Source: an uncultured Desulfobacterales bacterium (lineage in GTDB: Bacteria > Desulfobacterota > Desulfobacteria > Desulfobacterales > CAFBRK01). From it: DNA of 53,172 bases. The stretch spans positions 1 to 53,172 of the forward strand of contig CAYPFH010000001.1 in the NCBI GenBank assembly GCA_964409825.1, written 5' to 3'. Under the pieces are notes generated by a model, which was not told where the DNA came from, ran no database searches, and saw only the letters and a program-made list of their open reading frames with translations. Numbering within the stretch: the first letter of the stretch is position 1; each line of letters begins with the position of its first letter. Below, in pieces: positions 26,101-34,922 of this stretch. The position numbers and the translations under genes are program-made.

Positions 26101-27485
26101 AGGCCAAGCGGGGGCTGGATCCGAACTCGGACCTGTTCAGCCCGGGGTATCTGGCCGGCCGGCTCACCGGGGGCGGTCATCTGGAGATCTCGGCGGCCGC
26201 CGCCGTCGGCCCGGAGCCGGAGCCGTTCGACCCGTCTTTGCTTCTTTCCTGGATGGCCTCGGCGTTTGAAAAAGATGCGCCGCTTGCCCCGGCGGCGGTG
26301 TGGGAGCAGGCCCTTGGGCACTATGTGGTGCGCAGAAAATCGCTGAGCACGGTCATCGCCGGCTATCCCTGGTTTCTGGACTGGGGCCGGGACACGCTGA
26401 TTTTCGCCCGGGGGCTGATCGCCGCCGGCAGCCTCGACACCGCAGCCCGAATTTTAAAACAGTTTGCCGCCTTCGAAGACCGGGGGACCCTGCCGAACAT
26501 GATTCGAGGGGAGGATGCCGCCAACCGGGACACCTCCGATGCCCCGCTATGGTTTTTCACCGCCTGCGCCGATTACTGCGCGGCAAACGGCTCGTTGGGC
26601 TTTTTGAAAACCGGCGTCGGGCCCAGATCGATCCGGGCGATCCTCACGGACATGGCCCGGGCCATGATCGAGGGAACCCCCAACGGCATCCGGATGGATC
26701 CGGGATCGGGGCTGCTTTTCAGTCCAGCGCACTTTACCTGGATGGACACCAATCATCCGGCTGGCACCCCCCGCGAGGGGTATCCGGTGGAAATCCAGGC
26801 TCTCTGGTGGGCCGCCCTGAATTTTTTGGCTGCCGGAGCCGCCGCAGGGAAGCGCTCATGGGGGGAGCTTGCCGAGCGGGTTCGCACCTCGATGGCAACC
26901 CTGTACACCCGCCGGATATCGGAAATCGGTTTGAGCGACTGCCTCCATGCACCGCCCGGAACCCCGGCCGATGATGCCACGGCCGACGATGCGCTTCGTC
27001 CCAATCAGTTGTTTGCCCTGACCCTGGGCGCGGTGTCCGATCCGGCACTGGGCCGACACATGCTGGAGGCCTGCCAGTCGCTGTTGGTACCCGGCGCGAT
27101 CCGGAGCCTGGCCGACAGGCCCATCGCACACCCCCTTTCCATCCTGCGCCGTGGACATGCCCTGGTCGACCCCCATCGCCCCTACCAGGGCCGGTACACG
27201 GGCGACGAGGACACCCGCCGGAAACCGGCCTACCACAATGGAACCGCCTGGACATGGGTGTTTCCCTCTTTTTGTGAGGCCTGGGCTTCCGTGTTTTCCA
27301 AAAACGGCCGAAAAACCGCCCTGGCCTATCTTGGCACCGGCGCCTGGATGCTCGAATCGGGCTGCCTCGGCCATATGCCCGAAATTCTCGACGGCGACGG
27401 GCCCCATCATTTTCGGGGCTGCGATGCCCAGGCGTGGGGGGCCAGTGAATTTTTCCGGGTATGGAAAAAACTTTCCGAAGCTTGA
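23178..27485 (+). CDS. 1435-aa fusion: an N-terminal GH13 alpha-amylase-family domain with GlgE (maltosyltransferase)-like layout, plus a C-terminal glycogen debranching enzyme (GDE_N + amylo-alpha-1,6-glucosidase GDE_C)
   Basis: The N-terminal half has GTFRDL, LLPINP...GSPYA, LLDLAVNHTG, HPEWLKRDPEGRIENPGAW, GFRCDAGYM, FFLEGLGG and FCETHDNNR. The C-terminal half has RYDALLAA, YPWFLDWGRDTLIFARGL, GTLPNMI, DAPLWF, VEIQALWW, YHNGTAWTWVFP and GHMPEILDGD..GCDAQAWGASE. Confidence 0.8.
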   Translation: MTPVDPHALIQTPVPGAKLLRFRGDLQRFSLRVKKGATGAAWLRTNIGWAGIGRREIIGAVERDEAQLGLDWFDLPMVRIGADRFEIGVPLAQVGHFGAKCYFQPDNGEAPLWPPGQNVTVNVEPADTCCGNTLYNAFVRQFGPEKARPQGLSEIQKETIRQLDESGFAVIPPSGTFRDLILELDFIVYTLGCRYLQLLPINPTPTTYGRMGRFGSPYAALSFTAVDPALARFDPKATPLDQFIELLDAVHSRGAKVLLDLAVNHTGWAAGLHETHPEWLKRDPEGRIENPGAWGVIWEDLTELDYRHRELWRYMADVFLTWCRRGADGFRCDAGYMVPLPAWKYIIAKVRQQYPDTVFFLEGLGGKLSVTRDLLDTGNFNWAYSELFQNFDRGAVEHYLPRALETSRAEGLTIHFCETHDNNRLAAMSLGFSRMRTALCALASVCGGFAFANGVEWFADQKIDVHGSPSLNWGAETNQVAEIRRLTRLLHHHPAFYDRADIEMIQEEGDNCLVFFRRHRPTDRRLLIVVNLDADRPAEARWDSTLANIDGSSMVDLLTEQTVHITTEGTQHRLALSPGQVLCLSARSEDLQEIQDAEDGNGADPERLRIQRLRAKALEVLTWGRGLGHVEEAILAEAARRLAADPSALCRGDGSDGAEPRTVFWRWPEDLRREVPVPPGHFLLVTAPAPFRIRIIEDHRCVAAEDSLKADDGRFFALVGPGDPQAQSRSLTLTISVFEAEAPSHGSAQLRYLCPFEAETIQTVFNRSDLLGTERLMLGTNRIGGMLRASLSWGRLNSRYDALLAANLNPEAPDDRRILLTRCRAWSVFQGTSQPFGDDCLDMFTTDGASRGVWRFRLPTGQGQHTIICLGIEMLQAKNAVRLVFLRQPAGQDPRLLPDDKPVSIIVRPDIEDRSFHEVTKAYLGPEHRFARAVRIQKNGFDFQPDPARALSLRAQTAAFIREPEWYYMVHRPLEAKRGLDPNSDLFSPGYLAGRLTGGGHLEISAAAAVGPEPEPFDPSLLLSWMASAFEKDAPLAPAAVWEQALGHYVVRRKSLSTVIAGYPWFLDWGRDTLIFARGLIAAGSLDTAARILKQFAAFEDRGTLPNMIRGEDAANRDTSDAPLWFFTACADYCAANGSLGFLKTGVGPRSIRAILTDMARAMIEGTPNGIRMDPGSGLLFSPAHFTWMDTNHPAGTPREGYPVEIQALWWAALNFLAAGAAAGKRSWGELAERVRTSMATLYTRRISEIGLSDCLHAPPGTPADDATADDALRPNQLFALTLGAVSDPALGRHMLEACQSLLVPGAIRSLADRPIAHPLSILRRGHALVDPHRPYQGRYTGDEDTRRKPAYHNGTAWTWVFPSFCEAWASVFSKNGRKTALAYLGTGAWMLESGCLGHMPEILDGDGPHHFRGCDAQAWGASEFFRVWKKLSEA

Positions 27486-27641
27486 ACTTTGACGGTCCGC
27501 GTATTAATACCCATCGAACATCCGCCGCCCGAACAATCGCCATCGGCCCGGAAGGTGTTCTGAACCGGCAACCGGCGGCAGACAGTGACCATTTTCCAAA
27601 GACCCGTTTGATTACCGCCTTTGTGCCAAGGAAAATCGCCC

Positions 27642-30188
27642 ATGAGCATGCAAACGTTTCAGGTCTTTCCGACCATCCCCGAGCCGCTGGCCTTTCTGGA
27701 ACCGCTGGTGCGAAACCTGTGGTGGTCATGGAAGCCTGATGCCAAAGACCTGTTTCGGCGGATCGATCCCCGACTGTGGGACGAATCCGGCCAAAATCCC
27801 CTGGTCTTTTTGACCCTGATCCCCCAGGCCCGCCTGGAAAAACTTGCGTCCGACGACAGCTTTCTGGCCCACCTGAAGCGGATCCAGGGCCAGTTTGCCG
27901 AGCGCGTTCTTTCTCCCGTGGACCACAGCCGCTGGCTGTTTGTCGAAAAAGAGACGGTGGCCTACTTTTCCATGGAGTTCGGCATTCACGAGAGCATCCC
28001 GCTTTTTGCCGGAGGCCTTGGGGTGCTGGCCGGCGACCACCTGAAGGCCTCTTCCAACCTGGGACTTCCCCTGACGGCGGTCGGCCTGCTCTACCGGGAA
28101 GGTTATTTCCGGCAGTTTCTCGACGCCGAGTTCTGGCAGCAGGAGGAATACCCGGAAACCGACCTGTACCGCCTCCCCTTGGAGCGTACCCTGGATCGGG
28201 CCGGAAACGAATTGAGGGTGACGGTTTCCGGTCCTGACGGACCTATCCACGCCGATGTCTGGAAGCTGACCGTCGGGCGGATTCCGCTTCTTTTGCTCGA
28301 CGCCAACATTCTGCAAAACGCCCAGCCGATCAGGGATGTCACCGCCCGGCTTTACACCGGAGACGGGCGGGTGCGCCTGTCTCAGGAGATCTTGCTGGGT
28401 ATCGGCGGGATGCAGGCACTGGCCAAAATGGGAATCTTCCCGAAGGTGGTTCATATGAACGAGGGCCATTCGGCTTTTTCAAGCATCGAGCGAGTCGCCC
28501 AGACCATGGAGCGCTTCGACATCGGCTTGAGCACCGCCTTGGAGATCGTTCCCCGAAGCACGATCTTTACGACGCACACCCCGGTGCCTGCGGGCCACGA
28601 CGAGTTTCCCGTCGATCTGGTCGCGCCGGTTTTAAAGCCGTTCGCTCCCCGGCTCGGTACGACGGTGGAAGAGATCCTCTCCTGGGGGCAGCCCAGCGAC
28701 GCCGTTTCAAACGAGCCGATGTCGATGTTTGTTCTGGGGCTCCGCATGGCGGATCACTGCAACGGCGTCAGCCGACTTCATGGCCAGGTGGCCCGCAAGA
28801 TGTGGTCCTATGTCTGGCCGAAGCGACATGTGGAAGAGGTGCCGATTGCCCACGTGACCAACGGAATCCACGTGTCGACCTTTATTTCAGATGAATTCGC
28901 GAGACTTTTCGACCGGTACCTAGGGCCGGAATGGTATATGAGCTCCCGCCGGCCGGAAAACATCCGGCGGATCGACGACATTTACGAAGAGGACTTGTGG
29001 CGCGCCCATGAAATGAACCGGGCGCGGTTGGTCCGGCTCTGCCGGGAGCAGATGAGCCGACAGTACGCCCGAAGAAACGCCCCGCGGTCGATCATCGAAG
29101 AGGCCGAATCGGTTCTCGATCCGGAGATGCTGACCATCGCCTTTGCCCGGCGCTTTGCCACCTACAAACGCGCCGATTTGGTTTTGGCCGACTCGGAACG
29201 GCTGGAGGCCCTCTTGAACAACCGGGAGTTTCCGGTCCAGTTCATTTTCGCCGGCAAGGCCCATCCCCGGGACAACGATGGAAAAGCGCTCATTCAACGC
29301 CTGGTCAAGTTTGCCAGGCAGCCGCATCTGCGCAACAAAGTCATCTTCATCGAAGACTACGACATGGCCCTGGCCCGGTACCTCGTTCAGGGCGCCGACG
29401 TGTGGCTCAACACCCCCCGGCGCCCGTTCGAAGCCTGCGGCACCTCCGGAATGAAGGCGGCGGTCAACGGGGTGCTCAACCTGAGCATTTTGGACGGCTG
29501 GTGGTGCGAGGGCTATTCGGAGGACGTCGGATGGGCGATCGGGCACGGGGAAGAATACCCCGACAGCAGCTACCAGGACGCCGTGGAAAGCCAGGCGCTT
29601 TACAATGTGCTGGAAAACGACGTCATTCCGACCTTCTATGACCGGAAAAACGGGGACTCGCCAAACCGGTGGATCCGGATGATGAAAGCCTCGATGAAAA
29701 TGGCCATGGCCGGTTTTTGCAGCCTCCGCATGGCGACCGACTATCTGGACCGCTTCTATGTCCCTGCCGCGAAGCGCTTCGACGACCTGGTCGCGCAAGA
29801 CAGCGCCGAGGCCCGGCAGATCGCCGTCCAGATGAATCGGCTTCGCTCCTGCTGGAAGCAGATCAAGGTCGCTCCGCCGGAAAGGGAAAAGAGGGGATCG
29901 TATCGGGTGGGCGAAAAACTGCGGCTCTCGACCCGGGTTGATCTCGGCGAGCTTCGCCCCGACGAGGTGGTCGTCGAACTGTACTACGGTCTTGTCAAAA
30001 CCGTGGACTCTGTGCGGGAGAGCCGCACGAAAACGATGTCGGTGGAAGAAGACTTGGGCGAAGGCCGCTATTTGTATGGGTGCTCGGTCACCTGCGACGT
30101 TTCCGGCCGTTTCGGCTACACTGCGCGGGTCTCTCCCGAGGGCGACCACCGGATCCGCAACACCCCAGGGCTGGTGACTTGGGCATAA
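27642..30188 (+). CDS. glgP: Alpha-glucan phosphorylase (GT35, DUF3417-type N-terminus)
   Basis: IPEPLAFLEPLVRNLWWSW, GGLGVLAGDHLKASS, HMNEGHSAF, TTHTPVPAGHD, FAGKAHPRDNDGK and EACGTSGMKAA. Confidence 0.9.
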   Translation: MSMQTFQVFPTIPEPLAFLEPLVRNLWWSWKPDAKDLFRRIDPRLWDESGQNPLVFLTLIPQARLEKLASDDSFLAHLKRIQGQFAERVLSPVDHSRWLFVEKETVAYFSMEFGIHESIPLFAGGLGVLAGDHLKASSNLGLPLTAVGLLYREGYFRQFLDAEFWQQEEYPETDLYRLPLERTLDRAGNELRVTVSGPDGPIHADVWKLTVGRIPLLLLDANILQNAQPIRDVTARLYTGDGRVRLSQEILLGIGGMQALAKMGIFPKVVHMNEGHSAFSSIERVAQTMERFDIGLSTALEIVPRSTIFTTHTPVPAGHDEFPVDLVAPVLKPFAPRLGTTVEEILSWGQPSDAVSNEPMSMFVLGLRMADHCNGVSRLHGQVARKMWSYVWPKRHVEEVPIAHVTNGIHVSTFISDEFARLFDRYLGPEWYMSSRRPENIRRIDDIYEEDLWRAHEMNRARLVRLCREQMSRQYARRNAPRSIIEEAESVLDPEMLTIAFARRFATYKRADLVLADSERLEALLNNREFPVQFIFAGKAHPRDNDGKALIQRLVKFARQPHLRNKVIFIEDYDMALARYLVQGADVWLNTPRRPFEACGTSGMKAAVNGVLNLSILDGWWCEGYSEDVGWAIGHGEEYPDSSYQDAVESQALYNVLENDVIPTFYDRKNGDSPNRWIRMMKASMKMAMAGFCSLRMATDYLDRFYVPAAKRFDDLVAQDSAEARQIAVQMNRLRSCWKQIKVAPPEREKRGSYRVGEKLRLSTRVDLGELRPDEVVVELYYGLVKTVDSVRESRTKTMSVEEDLGEGRYLYGCSVTCDVSGRFGYTARVSPEGDHRIRNTPGLVTWA

Positions 30189-30284
30189 GCCTGCTCTTGT
30201 CTTCGGCGGATCTTCCGACGGATCCGCCGCGGTAAGAATGGGCCGCCATGGGTAATCTCACCGGCCGGAGAAAGGCGGGCGTTT

Positions 30285-31796
30285 ATGACAGGCACGAAAC
30301 GGACTCCCCGGGTGCTGATCGTCACCCCCGAGGTGACCTACCTGCCCGATCGGATGGGCAGCCTTTCCCAGTATCTCACCGCCAAGGCCGGCGGACTGGC
30401 CGATGTCTCCGCAGCCCTGATCCACGCCCTGTTCGAACAGGGCGCGGACGTTCATGTCGCCCTTCCCGACTACCGCTCCATATTCAGCGACCGGCTGGCC
30501 CCCTTTCTTCGCAAGGAACAGCGGATGATCCGGACGATCATGCCCGACGACCGTCTTCACCTGGCCCAGGACAGGGCGTTTTTCTACCTCAACCGCGTCT
30601 ATTCGGCCTACGGTCGCGAAAATACGAAGCTTTCCCTGGCTTTTCAGCGGGAGGTCATTAACAATATCGTGCCGCGGGTCCGTCCGGACCTGATCCACTG
30701 CAACGACTGGATGACAGGATTGATACCGGCGATGTCCCGCCGGATGGAAATCCCCTGCCTGTTTACGATTCACAATATTCACACGGTAAAATCGGCGCTG
30801 GCAGAAATCGAGGACCGGGGCATCGACGCGGCCTATTTCTGGGAACTTCTCTATTATGAAAACATGGGGTTCGAATACGAAGAGGTCCGGGAGTCGAACC
30901 CGGTCGATTTTCTCGTCAGCGGGGTGTTTGCCGCCCATTTCGTCAACACGGTCAGCCAGACGTTCCTCGAGGAAATCGTTGCCGGCCGCCATCGCTTCGT
31001 GGAAAATCGTCTCCGTCAGGAGCTGAGCAACAAATACCACGCCGGCTGTGCCGTCGGCATTCTCAACGCGCCGGACCCGGCGTTCAATCCGAGGCTGGAC
31101 CGGCACCTGTTTTTTCCCTACGGCCCGGAAAACCACCCCGGGAAAAAACGAAAAAACAAGCTGGCGCTCCAGCAGCGGCTCGGACTCATTGCCGACGAAA
31201 ACGCCCCGATGTTTTTCTGGCCCTCAAGGCTCGACCCGGTACAGAAGGGATGCCAGCTTCTGGCGGACATCTTCTACAACATCATCTCCGAGTTCTGGGA
31301 AGACGGCCTCCAGGTGGTGTTTGTCGCCAACGGGGATTATCAACCGGTTTTTCGGGACATCGTCCATTTCCATGGTTTTCAAAACCGCGTGGCGGCCTGC
31401 GATTTCAGCGAAGAGCTGGAACACCAGGGCTACGGAGCGGCCGACTTTGTCTTGATGCCCTCTCTTTTCGAACCCTGCGGCCTTCCCCAGATGATCGGGA
31501 GCATCTATGGCGCGCTTCCGGTCGTCCACGACACCGGCGGCCTCCATGACACGGTTCGACATTTGCACCCGGCCGGGAACAGCGGCAATGGGTTCGTTTT
31601 TGAAACCTACGACTCGGGGGGGCTTTTGTGGGCCATCCGGCAGGCCATGGACTTTTTCCGTTTGCCGGCGTCCGCCCGGAAAAAGCAGATCTCCCGGATT
31701 ATGATCTGGGCTGCGGAAACCTTCACCCACGAGGTCAACGCGAGGCAGTACATCGATCTTTATGAAAAGATGCTTCACCGCCCGCTGCTCGTCTAA
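30285..31796 (+). CDS. glgA: Glycogen/starch synthase (GT5)
   Basis: VLIVTPEVTYLP...KAGGLADVSAAL...HCNDWMTGLIPA...PSLFEPCGLPQMIGSIYGALPVVHDTGGLHDTV. Confidence 0.9.
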   Translation: MTGTKRTPRVLIVTPEVTYLPDRMGSLSQYLTAKAGGLADVSAALIHALFEQGADVHVALPDYRSIFSDRLAPFLRKEQRMIRTIMPDDRLHLAQDRAFFYLNRVYSAYGRENTKLSLAFQREVINNIVPRVRPDLIHCNDWMTGLIPAMSRRMEIPCLFTIHNIHTVKSALAEIEDRGIDAAYFWELLYYENMGFEYEEVRESNPVDFLVSGVFAAHFVNTVSQTFLEEIVAGRHRFVENRLRQELSNKYHAGCAVGILNAPDPAFNPRLDRHLFFPYGPENHPGKKRKNKLALQQRLGLIADENAPMFFWPSRLDPVQKGCQLLADIFYNIISEFWEDGLQVVFVANGDYQPVFRDIVHFHGFQNRVAACDFSEELEHQGYGAADFVLMPSLFEPCGLPQMIGSIYGALPVVHDTGGLHDTVRHLHPAGNSGNGFVFETYDSGGLLWAIRQAMDFFRLPASARKKQISRIMIWAAETFTHEVNARQYIDLYEKMLHRPLLV

Positions 31797-31818
31797 AGGC
31801 TGTCCTTTACGTGATTAT

Positions 31819-33837
31819 ATGATGACCGAAATTCATGCCATTTCCGACCTGATTCGAGAAGATCCCTATCTTAGGCCGTTCGAGCCGGTGCTGATCCGCC
31901 GTCGAGAGGCGATCGAGCGCCGCAGACGGGAGTTGACCGGCGAGGAAGTTTCACTGGAAGACTTTGCTTCCGGGCATGAATACTTCGGTCTGCACCGAAG
32001 CGGCGATTCCTGGGTGCTTCGGGAGTGGGCGCCCAACGCAACGGCGCTTTATCTGGTTGGAGATTTCACCGGCTGGCGGGAGGACCCGGCACGGGCCCTT
32101 TCACGCATTTCCGATAACGGCGCGTGGGAAATCCGGCTGCCGGGCGGCGCGCTCCACCACGGAGACCGGTACCGTTTACGGATCCATTGGCCGGGGGGCG
32201 CAGGGGACCGGATTCCAGCCTGGACCCGCCGGGTGGTGCAAGACCCCGAAACCCTGATCTTCAATGCGCAGGTTTGGTTGCCGCCGGAGCCTTACCGGTG
32301 GCGGCATCCCGGATTTCAGGCTCCGTCAGCACCTCCGCTTATCTATGAGTCCCATGTGGGAATGGCCCAGGATGCGGAAAAAATCGGTACATACCGTGAG
32401 TTTATCGACAACGTCATCCCCCGGATCGTCGAGGCCGGCTATAACACGATTCAACTCATGGCCGTCCAGGAGCACCCCTATTACGCCTCCTTCGGGTACC
32501 AGGTATCGAACTTTTTCGCCCCGTCCTTCCGATACGGGCCGCCGGAAGACCTAAAAGCCCTGATCGACGAGGCCCATGGGGCCGGTCTTCGGGTGTTGAT
32601 GGATCTGGTCCACTCCCACGCGGTGTCAAACGAGGTCGAGGGGCTGGGGCGGTTCGACGGCACGCCCTTTCAATATTTTCACGATGGGCCCCGAGGATTT
32701 CATTCCGCCTGGGATTCGCGCTGCTTCGATTACGGCAAAAACGCCGTGCTTCATTTTCTGCTGTCCAACTGCCGATATTGGCTCGATGAATTCGGCTTCG
32801 ACGGCTTCCGGTTCGACGGCATCACCAGTATGCTCTATCTGCACCACGGGCTGGGCACGGCGTTCAGCCGCTATGAAGACTACTTCGGTGACGACGTCGA
32901 CGAAGACGCCCTGGTCTACCTGGCCCTGGCGAATCGGCTCGTTCACCGGATCCGGCCCGACGCCGTCACCATTGCCGAAGACGTCAGCGGTATGCCGACA
33001 TTGGCGTCCCCGGCCGAGCTCGGGGGGATCGGCTTCGACTACCGCTTCGCCATGGGCGTCCCCGATTTTTGGATCCGCTTGACCAAAGACACCCGGGACG
33101 AAGACTGGTCCATGGGCCATCTCTGGCACGAGCTGACAAACCGCCGCAGAGAAGAAAAAACCATCAGCTATGCAGAATCCCACGACCAGGCCCTGGTCGG
33201 AGATCAGACCCTGGTCTTCCGGCTGATCGGCGCCGAAATCTATGAACGGATGCGCGCGGAAGATAACAGCCTGGCGGTCGACCGCGGCATTGCGCTTCAC
33301 AAAACGATCCGGCTGCTCACCCTTGCCACCGCAGGCCATGGATACTTGAATTTCATGGGAAACGAGTTCGGCCATCCGGAGTGGATCGACTTTCCGCGGC
33401 CCGGCAACGACTGGTCCTATCGCTATGCGCGGCGCCAATGGCACCTGGCAGACGATCCCGGCCTAAAGTATCGTTTTCTGAGGGATTTCGACCGCGAGAT
33501 GATTGCTCTGGCAAGGCGGTTCCAGCTTCTGGGGGCCGAAGAGGCTCATCTTCTCTACGAACACAACGAGGATAAAATTCTGGCATTTCAACGGTCAGGG
33601 CTGGTTTTCGTTTTCAATTTTCACCCCGGGCGATCCCTTCCGGACTATCCGGTTCCGGCCCCGACAACCGTCGATCGGCTTCGGCTGCTCCTCGATTCCG
33701 ACGACCCACGGTTCGGCGGCCACAGCCGCCTGGTTGCAGACCAGGTGTTTGACGTGACGGCAAGCCCGGTTTTCGGAACCGGGCAAGTCCAGCTTTATCT
33801 TCCGAACCGCACCGCGCTCGTTTTGGCCCCGCAGTAG
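31819..33837 (+). CDS. glgB: 1,4-alpha-glucan branching enzyme, GH13_8 (eukaryote-like) type
   Basis: IYESHVGM, YNTIQLMAVQEHPYYASFGYQVSNFFAPS, LMDLVHSH, FDGFRFDGITSMLY, TIAEDVSGMP, YAESHDQALVGDQT and NFMGNEFGHPEWIDFPR. Confidence 0.92.
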   Translation: MMTEIHAISDLIREDPYLRPFEPVLIRRREAIERRRRELTGEEVSLEDFASGHEYFGLHRSGDSWVLREWAPNATALYLVGDFTGWREDPARALSRISDNGAWEIRLPGGALHHGDRYRLRIHWPGGAGDRIPAWTRRVVQDPETLIFNAQVWLPPEPYRWRHPGFQAPSAPPLIYESHVGMAQDAEKIGTYREFIDNVIPRIVEAGYNTIQLMAVQEHPYYASFGYQVSNFFAPSFRYGPPEDLKALIDEAHGAGLRVLMDLVHSHAVSNEVEGLGRFDGTPFQYFHDGPRGFHSAWDSRCFDYGKNAVLHFLLSNCRYWLDEFGFDGFRFDGITSMLYLHHGLGTAFSRYEDYFGDDVDEDALVYLALANRLVHRIRPDAVTIAEDVSGMPTLASPAELGGIGFDYRFAMGVPDFWIRLTKDTRDEDWSMGHLWHELTNRRREEKTISYAESHDQALVGDQTLVFRLIGAEIYERMRAEDNSLAVDRGIALHKTIRLLTLATAGHGYLNFMGNEFGHPEWIDFPRPGNDWSYRYARRQWHLADDPGLKYRFLRDFDREMIALARRFQLLGAEEAHLLYEHNEDKILAFQRSGLVFVFNFHPGRSLPDYPVPAPTTVDRLRLLLDSDDPRFGGHSRLVADQVFDVTASPVFGTGQVQLYLPNRTALVLAPQ

Positions 33838-33958
33838 GTGCCGGCGCAGCGCAGCTTCCCCGACAGGGCAAAGACACAATATGGATTATAGGGATTGTCC
33901 TGTTTTGGCTCCGTTTGAGAGCGGTTGGGATGCCGCTTTTGGCGCTGCGAAGCCGCTT

Positions 33959-33988
33959 TAAATAAACACGCGGCAGCATGTTTATTTT
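33959..33988. other. 10-bp AT-rich perfect inverted repeat (AAAATAAACA-N10-TGTTTATTTT) overlapping the stop of the SLT gene, between convergent glgB and SLT
   Basis: Read directly. It may be a shared terminator, but the stem is weak (AT-rich). Confidence 0.3.
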
Positions 33989-34593
33989 CGGAAGGCGTGG
34001 TAGTAGTGGATGACCTTTTCGACGTATTGTTCTGTCTCCCGGATCGGAGGAATGCAGTTGTAGCGTTCGACAACGCTGGGCCCCGCATTGTATGCCGCCA
34101 GGGCCAGGGGAAGCTTTCCCCCGAACCGCTGAAGCATCTGGGTAAGGTACCGGGTCCCGCCCATGATGTTTTGCCAGGGATCGAACGGGTCGTGGATCTG
34201 CAAAGAGGGAAGGTTCTCGGGCATGATCTGCATCAGTCCCAACGCCCCTGCCCGAGAGACCGCCCGGGGGTTGAAGTCCGACTCGACTTTGATCAGGGCC
34301 TTTAACAGCTCGGCGGACACGCCGTGGCGGTGCGCCGCCTCGGAAATCATCGGCTCGTATAAAGATGGCGGAATCCGGACTGCCTGCTTTTTCGGCCGCC
34401 CCCCCTCTTTCATGTAGAGTTGAAAGGCAGGATCAGTAGGGACGTTGGTAAAGTGGATGACGCCGTGGCTGTCGATGTACCGGTAAATATCCGCAGACGC
34501 CTGCCTTTGTCCGCCGCCAAAGAAAAGGACCGCGAACAAAGCGGCGGACAGGGCTGCGGCTCGAACGATCCCTCGGCGGCTATGCAATGCCAT
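33982..34593 (-). CDS. Lytic transglycosylase (SLT domain) with an N-terminal DUF4124-like segment and a signal peptide
   Basis: MALHSRRGIVRAAALSAALFAVLFFGG...ASA|DIYRYIDSHGVIHFTNVP, and an SLT core LLKALIKVESDFNPRAVSRAGALGLMQIMP...AAYNAGP. The ATG at 34593 has GAGGGATGAG upstream; a GTG at 34611 is also possible. Confidence 0.85.
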   Translation of the reverse strand: MALHSRRGIVRAAALSAALFAVLFFGGGQRQASADIYRYIDSHGVIHFTNVPTDPAFQLYMKEGGRPKKQAVRIPPSLYEPMISEAAHRHGVSAELLKALIKVESDFNPRAVSRAGALGLMQIMPENLPSLQIHDPFDPWQNIMGGTRYLTQMLQRFGGKLPLALAAYNAGPSVVERYNCIPPIRETEQYVEKVIHYYHAFRK

Positions 34594-34841
34594 CGACTCA
34601 TCCCTCGTCACTTCGGCACATCGGCGATTTCGACCCGCAGACCCGGTCGAATCAAAGCGTCTATTGCTGTATATCGAATCTATTCGAACAATTCAAACGG
34701 ATCTTTCCGATCACGAAAATGATCTGCCCTTTGGTCGTATCGGAAACCAGTTGCCGCACCAGCAGGTACTGGACCAGGTTCAACTCCTTGTATTCATCGG
34801 CCGAGCAGGTGCCGCCGCTCTTTGACAGAAAAGAAAAAAGC

Positions 34842-34870
34842 TTGCCAATATCAAGAAAAAAGGCTATATA
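34842..34870 (+). promoter_or_regulatory. Candidate sigma70 promoter for the rdgC-like pair (TTGCCA-N17-TATATA) in an AT-rich tract
   Basis: TTGCCA at 34842-34847 and TATATA at 34865-34870. TTGCCAATAT is directly repeated at 34881-34890. An alternative TTGACA lies at 34822-34827. Confidence 0.45.
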
Positions 34871-34922
34871 TATATAATTTTTGCCAATATAAACACTATA
34901 TCTTGTAGTTGAGCCGGTCGTT

